A DNA stretch of 63,657 nucleotides, counting the filler, from Choristocarpus tenellus KU-1152 (taxonomy: Eukaryota > Protista > Phaeophyceae): the NCBI GenBank assembly GCA_964200185.2. It is 13 parts of 13 records of this genome, joined end to end, with 100 filler letters (N's around TTAATTAATTAA, not from the genome) between each part and the next. Parts side by side here need not be neighbours in the genome. Positions count along the whole stretch, not along the records: positions 36,296 to 39,477 come from CAXNAD020021730.1; positions 39,578 to 42,293 come from CAXNAD020025355.1; positions 42,394 to 49,457 come from CAXNAD020006761.1; positions 49,558 to 57,877 come from CAXNAD020004860.1; 9 more parts are not named here. One strand, written 5' to 3'. The notes beneath the pieces are model-generated. The model did not search any database. It was given only the letters and a program-made list of their open reading frames with translations, and was not told the origin of the DNA. A program made the position numbers and the translations under genes. Every line of letters begins with the position of its first letter. Position 1 is the stretch's first letter. Below, one piece after another: positions 36,700 to 49,692 of this stretch.

Positions 36700-37103
36700 G
36701 AGTCGAAGTAAACGAGATATACCTAGAGTTTGTATTTCAGGGATGTTCACAAATATGTCCAAATTTGACTTGAAGAAAATAATCCAATGTGTACAGAGTA
36801 TTTTCTGAGCTGCGTCAAAAAGGTTTCAAACACATTCTAGGTTCTTGCTAAAGGCCCTTGCCTGTCTCTGTGTGTGTCCTGTGATATTTGAGTTTGTAAT
36901 CTATTGATAGTAGTAGAGTTCAAACATATTGCTATGACAATACTGCACTAATAGAATAAGTGTTGAAGAATATGAGCGATCACATCACTTTAATTCTATC
37001 ATTTGGTGATTAAGTGAAATCAAGAATCAGTGGGTAGCTTTTTAGAGCAATAAACACTATCAAGTCAAGCTTCAACCTGGGTACCTCTCGTTAGCTTTGT
37101 CAC
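36700..37103. mobile_element. MITE-4 (TIR GAGTCGAAGTAA.CGAGAGGTACCCAGG), diverged
   Basis: GAGTCGAAGTAAACGAGATATACCTAG at 36700 and CCTGGGTACCTCTCGTTAGCTTTGTCAC ending at 37103. Confidence 0.65.
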
Positions 37104-37476
37104 TGTGGTGTATGTAATATATTCTTGGAACTAATGTCACCCATTTCAAGAGATGCGTGCAATTTCTGTGGTGCACATGATGAAAAGGTAAGATGCCAAT
37201 TCTCAACCCATGCACATACACAATCATTTGGAGTGTAAGGCATCCCACTGGTTGAACCTTGCTTTCAATCCGTTGCTGGTTGTGCCCACCTCAAGTTCAA
37301 TACATGAGTTGAGACACAAGGAATAATTGATCCTAATCACAGCCATAATGTTGCATGATCAGCAGGTAGTTATTGGTCCTGCTTTGCTTCCTTTGCTCTC
37401 CTTACTTTCTTCTCTGCTTGTATAGGTTAACCCTAGCCCGTGACATTATTGGAATCCGTCTAACACATTATGTGAA

Positions 37477-37733
37477 GAGTCGAGGTAAGCGAGAGGTACC
37501 CAGGGTTGCATTTGAAGGGCCTTGGCAAATATGTAAAAAATTGAGCTTGTTTTTCAGTTTTTGGTAGGATATTTACCAAATTGTGTCGGAATTTTTCTAA
37601 GGACTGAAAAACCCCTCTCAAGTCAAATTTACCTCTTTATCCGTAGAAATATGGGAGAATTGGAAAAGATAGAAAAGCTAGCTGTATGATACAACACCGG
37701 GGAAAACTGGGTGCCTCTCGTTTTCTTCGACTC
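37477..37733. mobile_element. MITE-4 copy
   Basis: GAGTCGAGGTAAGCGAGAGGTACCCAG...CTGGGTGCCTCTCGTTTTCTTCGACTC. A further solo TIR lies at ~47836-47864. Confidence 0.75.
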
Positions 37734-38799
37734 AGTACTAGTAGTGCATTATTTGGCTTACGTACATTGGAAATGAATTATCTCTCTGTCTCTCATGACC
37801 CAATTGAGTGCAAGGTCCGGTATGGTTCACGGCAATCTTGTACATGCAATTTCAACAGGTTGATTTCAATTATCAACAAGGTACACTACTAATGTAGTAA
37901 CATGTTTCATATCATTTCTTCATACTACAAAAAGGTGAGGTCCCAACCTACGGTACATGCTGAGTAGGATTCATTCTTACAGGCATGGCTGTGGTTGTTC
38001 CTCGGATCACAGACACATTGACAATGAGATAGTCTTCTGTTTTGTTTTGATGTTCGTGAAAACGCACTCAAGAGGCATGCATCCTATCAGGAAGGATAAA
38101 GCAATAACTGGTACAAGCTATGGCCATGTGACCAAGGTCCACAAAGTCTCTCCACCAGAAGAGTAGTGGTACAATCCCACACCACCATGCGGGCGTTTGT
38201 ATTCTCACGTACTTCAAAGGTGGCATTGTCTTCATATCTATAGTACCCATTTTTGCTGTTGCTAATTCTTAGTGTTCAGTTGAGCGATAAATCATATCCA
38301 CCCCTCATACAGTGTTACTGATGGTAATACTATTTGTGTATGAGAACTGTTGGGAGGCTGCGAGGGGATGATGATGTTGCCTGCATGGTTCAGACCCAAC
38401 ACAACCAAGGAGGTGTGGAGACTACATGTAAATTCATTTAAGGCATCCAAGAAAGGTGAAGTTTGTTGTATATTGTGAGACAGGGTTTTTCAGGGCATTG
38501 GAAGAGATGTGACCAATCCTGAAAGTTGTAGTTTGTGCTTTCATTATTCGAGTATATTAGATGAAGGGAGGGGGGTAAAGGGGGTAAGAAGGTCTAGGTT
38601 CAGCCTATTGGTAACATCTCTGACCAACACATTGTGTTGGTCTGACAACATAAGAGTAAATAGAAATCCAAGAGAGGACCATGATGTGTCTTGTATCATG
38701 GTGGAAACGATGAATCAGCAGCTCTACTCACAAGCCCTCTGAACTAATCACAAACTGAATTATTGAGAAAAATCTTAGTGCTGCCAACAACCCTTATGT

Positions 38800-39130
38800 A
38801 ACATGTTGAAGTCCCTCGCCCATGCCCCATGCTGATGTTCTGTACCTCTAATAAAATGTAACCTCAAGTAGGGTACAAACTCGCAACATCACTAGTGAAT
38901 ATAGTATGAGGGTTTCGCCTTTTAAGCACGCTTTGTAAACATGTTCCAACATCAGAATTGCTGCTAGGGTTTTACTGCCTCTTGTGAAAATATAGGAGAT
39001 GTAAGGCTTTGGTTCCATACCACGCTGGGAGAAGAAAAAGACTTCATTGAAGTCACGCTTGTGACCCAAAGTTGTTGAAGTATCCCACACTGAACCCGCG
39101 GCTTTTGGTGCTTTAATGAAGGACAAAGAA
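38800..39130 (-). mobile_element. possible copia RNase H relic
   Basis: Weak remnants ending in GTEHQH (compare T..QHAD). Confidence 0.3.
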
Positions 39131-39440
39131 CAGCTTGATGTAGATGAGCAAAGTTAATATTACAATGGGCTTGTGGTCTCGATTCCGCTGACTAACTACA
39201 TGGGTGAGACTATACCCTAGACTACCATTATTATTTCTATAGTGTGGGGTTGTAATTGTCCACACTAATTTACCATGAATCACTTATTTACTTGTCTTAA
39301 GTATAGAAAGTGGATCTTGAACATGGTATAAAAACCAATCAACACTATGAGTCAGTGTATACTGTATATATCTGTCACTGGCTCTCCATCCTAATGTATA
39401 TCCACCGGTGGTGTCTATGTGTATCAGCAGCTCTATCTAC

Positions 39441-39477
39441 AAACAAAAGTATCTTGGGGGGGGGGTCTATATCAGGG
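39441..39477 (-). mobile_element. MITE-1 end at contig break
   Basis: AAAGTATCTTGGGGGGGGGGTCTATATCAGGG. Confidence 0.7.
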
Positions 39478-39999
39478 NNNNNNNNNNNNNNNNNNNNNNN
39501 NNNNNNNNNNNNNNNNNNNNNTTAATTAATTAANNNNNNNNNNNNNNNNNNNNNNNNNNNNNNNNNNNNNNNNNNNNTGTGTATCATTCTGAGCTTGTCA
39601 TGTACGGAGTACTTAGTTGCTTTCATACTTCAGGATCATTACATCTGGACAAATGCTAGGATTGCACTTCCCATCGATCTTGTGATTGCAATATATGCTC
39701 ATGCATCGCAACCATAAACATGTTGTCATCAGGTTCAATACCTCATTCAAGCAACTGAAAAGGCCAAAGATGCACTGGCCAATGAAGATGTAAGTGAGTA
39801 GTGTTGGAACCTGTATATTTAACAGTGGGGAAAAAACACATAATAATGACATCATGGTGTACCGGTCTGAAATCTTCTGGAAAGGGCAGAGGCAATATGC
39901 ATTTTGAAATGCTTTGGTAGCACACATATATCACACACAGCGCATATAGGACGAAATACAGAAAGGAATATAAAACTTACACGTGTCTGTTGTCTTAGG

Positions 40000-41900
40000 C
40001 AGTCCTGGTGCTGTTTGGCATAGGGTTCTTTAGGCAAAGTGATCCAACCCAGCAAGTGTTGGGATCAATTGCCACGGGACACAATGCAAAATACGGCTGG
40101 GTGTGCGAGATAGCTCAACATCCCACACATTCCATGTGTGCAGTGCTTGCTTGCAACGTTTACCGCAGCATACAAAAAGTAAAACCTGCCTGGAATCAGG
40201 CATAAAATGCCAAACACAGCTTCCCACAAAGATCCGTCCTCCTCTCTATCTGCCGCACAGGAACTTAGTGCCGTTTGAAAGATGACACATCCACATGTTC
40301 GGTATCCATTTGTCGTTTGGGTTGCAAACAAAAACAAACTGAACACACTACAAGAGGGTAGACTTAGGACTCGGGTTAGATTAAATTAGGCATTGACAGC
40401 GAAATGCTCCACCAAATGATGCAAGTTGTGCTACCTGAATCTTTGTCCAGGTGATCAAGCACCTACAGGCCCTCATAGCAACAGCCTTTGGCAAGGACCT
40501 TTCAACAGCATCACCCATGTCACTCAAGGTGTACTGGGATCCAGCACAAGATGCCACAGCCTCCAGGCACAACAAGGTGTGCAAGGTAGGCTTGGAAAAG
40601 CATGAAAAACCTCTGTTGCCTGATCAGGGAAATTTAAATTATGTGTTACCAAAACTATAGACTCCCAGAGTTTGGAATCAGAAAGCAGAACACTGGGCAA
40701 GCTGACTGACCGTCCCAAGAGGGACCATGAGCTGCTGGTGTTGAAGATATTGAAGCAATTGGACTTTCAGCGATTGACATAAACAGAACTTGGCCAACTC
40801 ATGACTGGAGCGTAATATTAGAACTATCGCTGATTGTACTATAGTATCTGTGGTTGCTGCACCAACATATTATGCATTTGAGAGTAGAAAAACATCTTTG
40901 GTGAAACTATATGTCAGGAATAAAGTTAGGGTTAGTAGCGGGATAAAAAAAACCCACCTGGTTCAGCTTTGTATTACAGGGAAAGAAGTGGGCGTTCAAA
41001 GAATTAAGTGGAGTGGGGTAGAGCACTATCTGAATGTTTCTCTCTGAGCAAGTTCCGCAGGGCACTTCTTCCGGAATGTCCAATCTCCTGAATATGTTCT
41101 TTGCTTGCCTCTCATCTCCCAGTTGGCAATTTTCCTCAGCATCAATGCTGCAAAGAGCAATGAGACAGCATTCTAAAATACATAAAACACAGATGTTGTT
41201 TTATAATACACTGAGAACAGATTACTCAAGTACCCCATATACTCCAACTACTAATATGTATGTAGGACTACATTTATCTTACGCGCTTCCCAACTGTCTT
41301 ACAATCAACTTTATAATGCGTCTTAACCCCAACTGCTGGTTATCCCAAGTATCTCCTTTTGTTCTCACCATTTCCCTTGCTCATTTTCCCAAGTACCTAC
41401 CATTCCATCAATCCAAAATCGATTAACCATGGAAGGGGGGAGCCCCAAATCTAGCGGTGAGGATTAAGTTGAATACTACTCATTGATTAACTGATTGACT
41501 AGAGCCTCTCCCCACTTGCACTTTGATCTACAAAACACCGTCTTCAATCAACCAGGTTATCGAAACTGCAACCTTGACCTAAAACAAGGAGTCCACTACT
41601 GTTGCAATTATATACTAATCCTTGGGACACAATATTCTCTTGCAACCTATTGCAGACCAGCTATGAAGTAGGTTCAGTCCTTGGGGCTAAGGGAACGGCG
41701 GTTACAGTACAAAGCAACTCCCTGAAGTGAACAGCGGCTAAATTATTTATAGCTACTCGCATTCTTTTGCCAGCCAAAAACCAATTTTCAATCCGTTAAC
41801 TTCCGATTTTGTTTCGTGCAGGAACGTTCGATTTCCTTGATTGGTAACCCAATAAGCTGTTCTGATAGGACCATATCTAGTTGTGACAGAGGATCAAGAG
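40000..41900 (-). mobile_element. possible decayed DIRS-like RT/RNase H
   Basis: Scattered remnants (EDGVL*IKVQ, CLIAL.S, RKLTD*, GMCGML..L...FC) loosely comparable to the 18.3-19.7 kb relic. Confidence 0.3.
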
Positions 41901-42274
41901 ATTTGATTTGTTACTGATGACTTCATTGCCCAGGGGAAAAAGCGGACAGCAAGTGTCGCATAGAGTACTTATTAGGGCATCAACTACGCTTAAGTAGAAT
42001 TGTCAGGCTTCTCAAAGAATTTCTCTATATATCCCCTATGTGCGCATTTCTTAAAGGGTCAGCGCTGGCTGTGGTCAGAGGATATTGTTGTGTGCGAAGA
42101 CTATACTGACCAGCTCTTCACTCCCGAGATGGTTGGCTCGTGGATTGGAGACATTGGGCTTGCTTACCTAAGACTTGGTAAGCTACTGCAGGCGCACAAC
42201 CACCTTCAGGTATGTAGACAGGAAGGAAGGGCCAAATGCATTCCCTTAGGACAGGGGAAGTTGTGTAGACATCA

Positions 42275-42293
42275 GACTCAAAGTATCTGAGGG
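42275..42293. mobile_element. MITE-1 TIR at contig break
   Basis: TCA|GACTCAAAGTATCTGAGGG followed by the linker. Confidence 0.75.
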
Positions 42294-42482
42294 NNNNNNN
42301 NNNNNNNNNNNNNNNNNNNNNNNNNNNNNNNNNNNNNTTAATTAATTAANNNNNNNNNNNNNNNNNNNNNNNNNNNNNNNNNNNNNNNNNNNNCCTCCCC
42401 CCCCCCAATCAAAGGTGCTCCTCAGATTCCTTCCTCCTTGCCCTTCCCTTACTTCCATGCCCTGTCCAGCTCCCCCTCTCAC

Positions 42483-42662
42483 CTGCATGATGACATCCCT
42501 CTCCTGCCTACTCTCAAAGTTTTTACGAGTGAACTCTAGGGAGTTGATGAGCGCATTTGCCGCAGACCCCCGGATGACAGCTGGTCGGTTGCTGCGCATG
42601 CCATCCACAATGCACGTCAGGATCTGATCCGTTTGAGATTGGTTCATGTCCTCCGGCTCCCA
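42483..42662 (-). CDS. KPNB1: importin beta-1, exon 6 (gene continues beyond contig)
   Basis: WEPEDMNQSQTDQILTCIVDGMR...AANALINSLEFTRKNFESRQERDVIMQ |GTGAGA; matches ILTAI.QGM...ALLNSLEFT..NF....ER..IMQ. Confidence 0.95.
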
Positions 42663-43493
42663 CTTCATTTTGATTTATTTATTTTTTACAAAGGGTGACC
42701 AGGGGGGGGGACAGAAAGAGAGACTAGTAAATGTGAGAGCAAGTACATGGTTTGAAGGGTGGGGCAAGTCACTACTTGCCTAGTGTAGCACACATTTGAT
42801 AGGATGTAAACAGTTAATAACCTTGAGTGATAGAAAACACCCCGATAACACGCAGGAGGCGGCCGGGCCACACACACTCCACTTCCACCCCCCGGAAGTT
42901 CTATATCTCTGCAGTCACTTCACCGCCTTCACTAATCTGTACAAAACCCCATCGAAGCACCAACTTGCACACATCCGACTCTCAAGGCATCAGACTTTTG
43001 AGGAGGCGTGAACAGCCAACATCCCAAATATACCTAGTGAATCAACAGTTTTAGTGATGGTCAGACCAAATGCGAATGCCTCAATTTACAGCACTACTTC
43101 AGAATGATACCCAATGACACCCAGCTAGGCTTCCACAGCAGCAATGATGATTCCAACAAGTCTCTGCAAAACATTGTTCAGTCTGGGTAGCAATGCCAAT
43201 GTGTCCTCAACATACCAGCACCATCTACACCAATCCAAGATGGGGTTGGGGATGTCTATCCCTGGGAAACCCCTGACACACAACACAAAGGAGGTTTTAC
43301 TAAACCAATGTACATCCATCCACACATTCCTGCAACACCACGGGTCTTCTCGACAAAACCAGATCAAAACTCTGTCTGTACTAGTGGAAACATGGTTAGT
43401 CAACAGCAAGTAATTCTTATGGTGCTTTGCTGATGGAAGTTGTCTTATATACCGCCTCCTCAAAAACGCCCCATTGATTGATGTGTATCTCAC

Positions 43494-43601
43494 ATCGTTG
43501 CACATGTAACCCAGAGCCTGAAGGGTAGCCACCTTCACCCTGTCTTCAAAGTTGCCCGTTACATTGTTCAGTAATGTTGTCAACAGTTCCGGCCATCGGT
43601 C
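43494..43601 (-). CDS. KPNB1: importin beta-1, exon 5
   Basis: CAG| DRWPELLTTLLNNVTGNFEDRVKVATLQALGYMCND |GTGAG; WPEL and TL.A.GY.C motifs. Confidence 0.95.
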
Positions 43602-44045
43602 CTGAGGGGAAACAATAGGAGTGGTATTCACACAAAAATAAAGTACAAATATAAAACAATAAAAGTAGCAACATCTGTAAGGAAAAGGAACTCACGAAAC
43701 CGCTTAGAGGACCAGACCATGCACTGGGCATCTCACCACACGAGGCAGTGTTGACTTTCCTGTTTCTATTTTACACAAGCTGAGAAGTAAGAAAGATAAA
43801 GGATGTCTTTATCAGGGACAACAACAATCCTTCATACCACACAAAAAAAACTCAACATAGTAGTACCAATCAACAATCTCACTGCCCTACCTACTACTCT
43901 AAAAAATGCTAAGGGGGAAGAAAAGTAAGGGCAACTGCCGCTCCTCACTATTACCCAAAACCTGACAGACCAATTTACAAAATGCACTATTCAATATGAC
44001 AGGCCCCACGCTAAATGATCAGTGTTATCTTAGTTGAATGCTCAC

Positions 44046-44126
44046 TTCTGGTAGCTCAATAGCTCCCATCCTTCCCACAATAAGTGCAGCTGTAGACTTT
44101 GCTCCATTTGAAGGACTGTGGAGGGC
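44046..44126 (-). CDS. KPNB1: importin beta-1, exon 4
   Basis: CAG| ALHSPSNGAKSTAALIVGRMGAIELPE |GTGAG; 81 nt, phase 0. Confidence 0.92.
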
Positions 44127-45520
44127 CTGGTTTGGGGTTGTGTATTGGATAAAAAGCGTATGGTGAGTTTTGGCAGGCAGGGATAGGAGTGAGAAACATT
44201 GCATACATATAGTTTGTATAGACGGTTTTGTTGAGTATACGTTTCTATTAAATGCAGGCATTTTTCTGATTCACATCTTGTACTGCCATGTGAAGTAGGT
44301 GAACTAAAAAATTGACATACATCAAGACATTACTATAGGCTTGCAAGGTGTACCTAAGGTACCTAAACAACCTCTGTTTGATCACCTACCATCACTGACC
44401 CCACTCGTACCTCCTGAAAAACACAAACTATTCCTCAACAACAAAGCACTCAACCCATTGAGTTTACCAAAATATCAAGTGGAGGGCCGTACACCAAGCC
44501 TGCACCCCAGTCTCTCCTGCTGCAGACACTACCGTAATACTGACAGCGAGATTAAAAAATAGTGGCTCATGTACAGACTCTGTGAGGTTCATAACATGAA
44601 AGATCAACAGCTTACCACCTTTATCAGAAGAGAAACAGTACTAGCCAGATCTGTTTCAATAGCTAGCCCCTTCTTGCCCCTGCCACTGACCTCACCTCAA
44701 GTTGTCCCTATTTTTGTACCATCTTTGTAACTGTCCAATCAGGCGACAGAATACTGAATCCAATGGGGACAGAACACATTGGTAATACCTACTCTCCGCT
44801 CTGGTTGAGCATCTCGCCTATTGAGCAATACTGCAGGCAATGCAAAAAAACTGGGAAAATATTCTCAATACAAGGTCACCTCCCCACCCCCCCAAAAAAA
44901 AAAACATGCATATTTTAAGGGGAAAATTCTGATTCTGATTGACTACCAAGATAATTTTAAGTTCAGACAACCTGCTCACCCATACCACAAGATTACTACT
45001 ACTGAGGAAGAGCACAAATCTAGTCCAAGAAATGTGCATCAAGTATTAAACCCACAGAGATCCCCCAGAGCTTCCTACTGGAATACTCCTTTCTGCCACC
45101 ACCAAAACCAGAGCTTTCTTGGAAAAGGTCATGGTTGAACCCTAATGTAATCCACAGATATATTTGTCCGCAGCCACACCAGCCCGTTCACATCCCACAT
45201 CTCCTATTCCTGTGCCGCTCCTCAGGATGTTGGCATGTTTCTTATGAATGCTTACGGGCAATGGCATGGTAAGTAATTCCAAGTCCATTAAACTTGGAAG
45301 GCTTCAGGTTCATGAAGATCAAACACGATCCATAAACTTGTAGTAGCACCCCACAGGATCACAGCAGAGTTCAGCATTTGACTTATCAAGGGCCCCTTTA
45401 TATTCCATAAAAAACTTCCTTATCCACAGTATGTAATGGCAAGCCAATTAGCACAGACTGAAGGGAATGAAAACACTATCCACCTGTAAGTTTTCCACTT
45501 GGCTCTACCAACATTTTTGA

Positions 45521-45560
<40 letters not shown>

Positions 45561-45889
45561 ATCTCTCCTCACGACGATGAGGGGGGGGGAGGGGGGGAGT
45601 TGTAGGGGGGGTGGGATCAAGAAGAAANNNNNNNNNNAAACAACAAAAAAAAAAAAAAAGGGAAAAAAAAACCACCCCCCCCTCTTTTTTTTCCCTCCTC
45701 CCTTCCCCCCTTTTTTTTCCCCCCCCCCCCCCCCCCCCCCCATCCAATTTGTTGATGCCTGGAAGAATTTTGCTCCACTTCACTACACCAATCACATATA
45801 TACCAGTTCAGCTTCTCAACCTTCCTGAAAATCCATCACGGAATTATATATCAAATCACACATGTGTAGTCACAAATAGCCACACACAC

Positions 45890-46081
45890 CTGGAGCACAC
45901 CAGCCTTTATCTGTGACTTCACAGTCGCATCCACAACAGCCCACTGATTCATCTTCATTGTATGAAGGGTCTCTTCCGTAGCACTAAGCTGGAGTTTGAT
46001 GTAGAGTCCTGCCTGCTGTCTGATAACCTCACTCTGGGACTCATTGACCAGCTCTTGGACAAGAGAATACATCAAGTATCC
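45890..46081 (-). CDS. KPNB1: importin beta-1, exon 3 (IBN_N domain)
   Basis: CAG| GYLMYSLVQELVNE...IRQQAGLYIK...QW...KSQIKAGVLQ |GTGTGT. Confidence 0.95.
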
Positions 46082-46545
46082 CTGGAGAAAACGACACAGA
46101 TCAGATCGAAAGGTGGCGCAGAGAGCGCAAGAAGGCGTACATGTTTACCACATGGAATGGGCATATAGTACACAGGAAAATACCGCGTTGGAGCGGTTGG
46201 CACTACTGGTCCATTATTTCAAAAGAACGTGCCAAGATTCATTGACCCTCTTGTAACTAGACAAGCGATTGGAGAGGAGGTCCTTGTTTCGAGTGTTGGT
46301 AGGGCATATGTGACGATGATGTCAATTTTAACGGGGTAGGAGTATGGACGATTAACCATTCCGAACCATTAAAATGTCAACAATGCCCTCCAAATGATAG
46401 GAAGCAGGGTCTTTCAAAAAAGCGAGTAGCGAAGTCAGGTCCTTGAAATTGGCGAAATCGGGCCCCTTCTTGGGAGGAGGGGCTGGACACGAGTAACAAA
46501 CGTTACGCATAAGGTCATCCAATCAAGAGAGTTCCCATTGCTCAC

Positions 46546-46604
46546 CATGTCTTGATTTCCTGCCTGCTCCAAGGCATCTTCTGCTTGCTTGCGGATCGCT
46601 TGGT
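46546..46604 (-). CDS. KPNB1: importin beta-1, exon 2
   Basis: CAG| (D)QAIRKQAEDALEQAGNQDM |GTGAG; phase matches exon 1. Confidence 0.92.
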
Positions 46605-46909
46605 CTGGAGAGGATTGTCAGTGATGGGGTGGGTAATGGGTAGGTAGGGCATGGGTTATAAATTCCAAGGATAGAGTGTCATAACCTCAAAATGGCAACG
46701 CTCCACATTTATTTTCCCAGAATGGAAAAGATGCTGAGGGGGTGAGTTCCATCATGGTGCATCAGCAAGTACACCCCATTCTTCTAGCAGTGGCGTTGCA
46801 GTCCTTCTGTCAAACCTAAATTTCTGCGAATGTTTTACAACACTGTGGAGAGCATGAGGTGGCACGGGCGCAACCCAATATCTAAACTACCAAATTCCTG
46901 CTGTCTCAC

Positions 46910-46949
46910 CAGGGTTCTGACAGTTGCCGAGAAGAGTGGTGAGGTCCAT
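46910..46949 (-). CDS. KPNB1: importin beta-1, exon 1 with start codon
   Basis: ACCATGG context, MDLTTLLGNCQNP plus 1 nt, then |GTGAGA. Confidence 0.9.
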
Positions 46950-48176
46950 GGTACTCCTGGTCCGAACTGGATGCGTTCTGCAATGTGGTGTCTCAACGTT
47001 CTCACCCCCTCAGCTGGTCGACACCTGGAACACCAAGGTCGACAAGGCCTGCGTCGGCCACCAATTTTTCGCACTTCCACTACGACCACGGCCAGCCCCT
47101 TCTTCACCCAACTCTGTGCTGCAGACGGCGCGGGATCGAGGGTGTCCTCTCAACACCTCTTGGAAAGCCAGAATCTACCTTTTTATTTTTTCTGAACGCC
47201 ATGCAAGTATTTCGAACTACATTATTTGTTATTTTGGCGCGCGAAAACGCGTTTTTTTCATGACAAATATTCATGTAATACAAACAGTATTATATTTTTG
47301 TGTATTATTTGTATTTTTATACTACAACTATTACTACTACTACTGTTGCACTTTGTTATTATTAAATTAAGCAATTTGATTTTTTTCTTTTTCTCTTGGT
47401 TTTGTTTGAGAGATGAGTGGTGTTGGGGCGGACAATGGACAAAACATTTCGTTGATAACCAAATGAACTAAACCTGGAACTCTCCCTTGATTTCGTATCA
47501 GGTGAACAAATTACTCATGTGTACAATGTCAAATTTCTGGTCCCCTAATGCTGCTATCAATTCCTCCGGTGCATTCTACAACTAATTGTACAAGATCTTC
47601 ACAGGTCAACGACCATACATCAACAACACGCGTGAGGATGAAGACCACACAACATCGTTGGCAATGCAATAGACCTTCACTCGATCAAATCGTCTTAACA
47701 CAACCATATATCTTACCCAGTAAAAACAACCAATTACTCCACAATGCATGTAGGTACTACACGGAGGTACGTATTTTAGTCTTTGTAGATCTGAAACCAA
47801 CATCCTCGATTCAAAACCACAACATAATGAATCCTGAGCCAAAGTAAGCGAGAGGTACCCAGGCTTTGGTCGTCTTGCATTTTAAGCTACCTTTGTCATA
47901 TTTTGCAACTCACCCTTATTTTTATTTATGAGGTGCTTAGATTGACTTGAGAGCATTGATTTTTCTGCCGTTTAAAAACCTTTGACAAAAATACGAAAGG
48001 TCCCTCCACGCTTTTGTACAATAAGTTGAATCTTCCGCATTTATTTGTCACCATCCTTAAAATGCAACCATAGTTGCCTCTTGTTTACTTTGACTCTCCT
48101 TCAACTTTCAACACCTTCAACCCCTCCACCCAACTTAATTGATTGTTTAGTGTTGGTATCTGGTTTTGCGACGCCT

Positions 48177-48929
48177 TAGAGATGGTCAACCATGGACAAG
48201 AACGGGTATGCCTATGGCATTTTGGGGGTAAAAACAGGTATAGCGGAAAACAAGTTGAATAATGGAGGCCTCCTTCACGATATACCTGATCAATCCGTCC
48301 TCTATCCGTTCTTGCCTCCATTTTGAAAGGAATAGTATCCCCTGTCTAGTTCTATGTCCCTCACCCGTTTCTCTCCACTTTTTTTGCTAAAATTTGTACT
48401 TTCAAGCATCGTAAACACTCGATTAGGCACTGATTTTATGAACAATACAATCCTTCTATCCCATTACACAAAACTCCACACATTTTCCCAACTCTCATCC
48501 TCATCCTAATTGGTTCGGGTCTTGCTCGGCCATGTTCAATATAATCCTTCTGTGTCCACCACACACCACACAACACACAACACATATTCCCACCTCTACT
48601 TCTGATTCCACTTGGTTGGGATCTTGGTTGGGCATGTTCTGATTTCCAGGGTCAATTGTTGCACAAGAAAATGGTTGGAAGCAAAAGGGAATGGAGCACC
48701 TACAATGGCCAAAATCGGGTACAAATCTGATCAAAATACAGTTGAAATGGGTGAATGACACTGAGAGTAGACAAGGGGTGTTGTACCTGTCAATATGAGG
48801 TGAGAACGGGTATAGGACAATTTTGACAGGGATTCAGGACGGAGGGTTCCATTTTCCAGCTCGTTCTTCGCTATACCTGTTATTGGCCCAAAATGGAACA
48901 GGTATACCCGTTCTTGTCCACTGTCTTTA
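48177..48929. mobile_element. foldback-type non-autonomous element with ~220-bp diverged inverted arms
   Basis: 48177-48400 aligns by eye to the reverse complement of 48715-48929 (for example GGACAAGAACGGGTAT, AACAGGTATAGCG, ATTTGTAC). Confidence 0.7.
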
Positions 48930-49082
48930 GAATATTCGACGACCTTCACGGTAAAACGTTCTACCCCACCAATTGGGTGCTACATAGCAATGAATGGAAT
49001 ATCATGGAGATGTGATAGTAAGCCATTCACTACTGGCACTGCCCGTCTAGGAAGTGGTGCTAGGGTTTTGACTTCAACCTTA

Positions 49083-49110
49083 GAGTCAGAGTATCTTAGA
49101 GGGTAGGGCC
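49083..49110 (+). mobile_element. MITE-2 solo TIR
   Basis: GAGTCAGAGTATCTTAGAGGGTAG. Confidence 0.65.
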
Positions 49111-49266
49111 CCAAAATTCCTCAACAATATCCCCCTCTGACTCTTCAGACATCCAGAGGAGTCATACTCTTTCCTTAGAGGAAATAGACAAGTGAAGTTG
49201 CGTTAATATGTAAACGGAAGGGCACATGCTTTGCAGTCATTCCTAAAGTTATCTTTTTCAGCGAAC

Positions 49267-49350
49267 TAACAGCCGATTTCGAAAATTGAGGATGGAGCTT
49301 TTCATTGAGGATGGACTTGACCCAAAATTGACTGGGATAAAGTGTCGATA
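49267..49350 (+). mobile_element. MITE-3 partial copy
   Basis: Near-identical to 7210-7295. Confidence 0.88.
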
Positions 49351-49628
49351 TATATATTTTTTAATGAAGGTTCATTAAAAAATACCAGTAATTTGTATAC
49401 GTACTATATCGCCATGAGTATTAAAGACAAAATGCAATTTTAAGCCAAAGAACCACCNNNNNNNNNNNNNNNNNNNNNNNNNNNNNNNNNNNNNNNNNNN
49501 NTTAATTAATTAANNNNNNNNNNNNNNNNNNNNNNNNNNNNNNNNNNNNNNNNNNNNTTTGTTTATTTCTTTTTTTTTTTTTTTTTATCCGCCCCCCCCC
49601 CCCCGCCCCCCCCCCCTCCCCGCCGCGG

Positions 49629-49692
<64 letters not shown>

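Noticed and set aside
46830-47370. Overlapping ORFs upstream of importin beta as separate genes
   Set aside because: They are GC-rich 5' UTR/promoter sequence overlapping KPNB1 exon 1, with no recognisable protein features.
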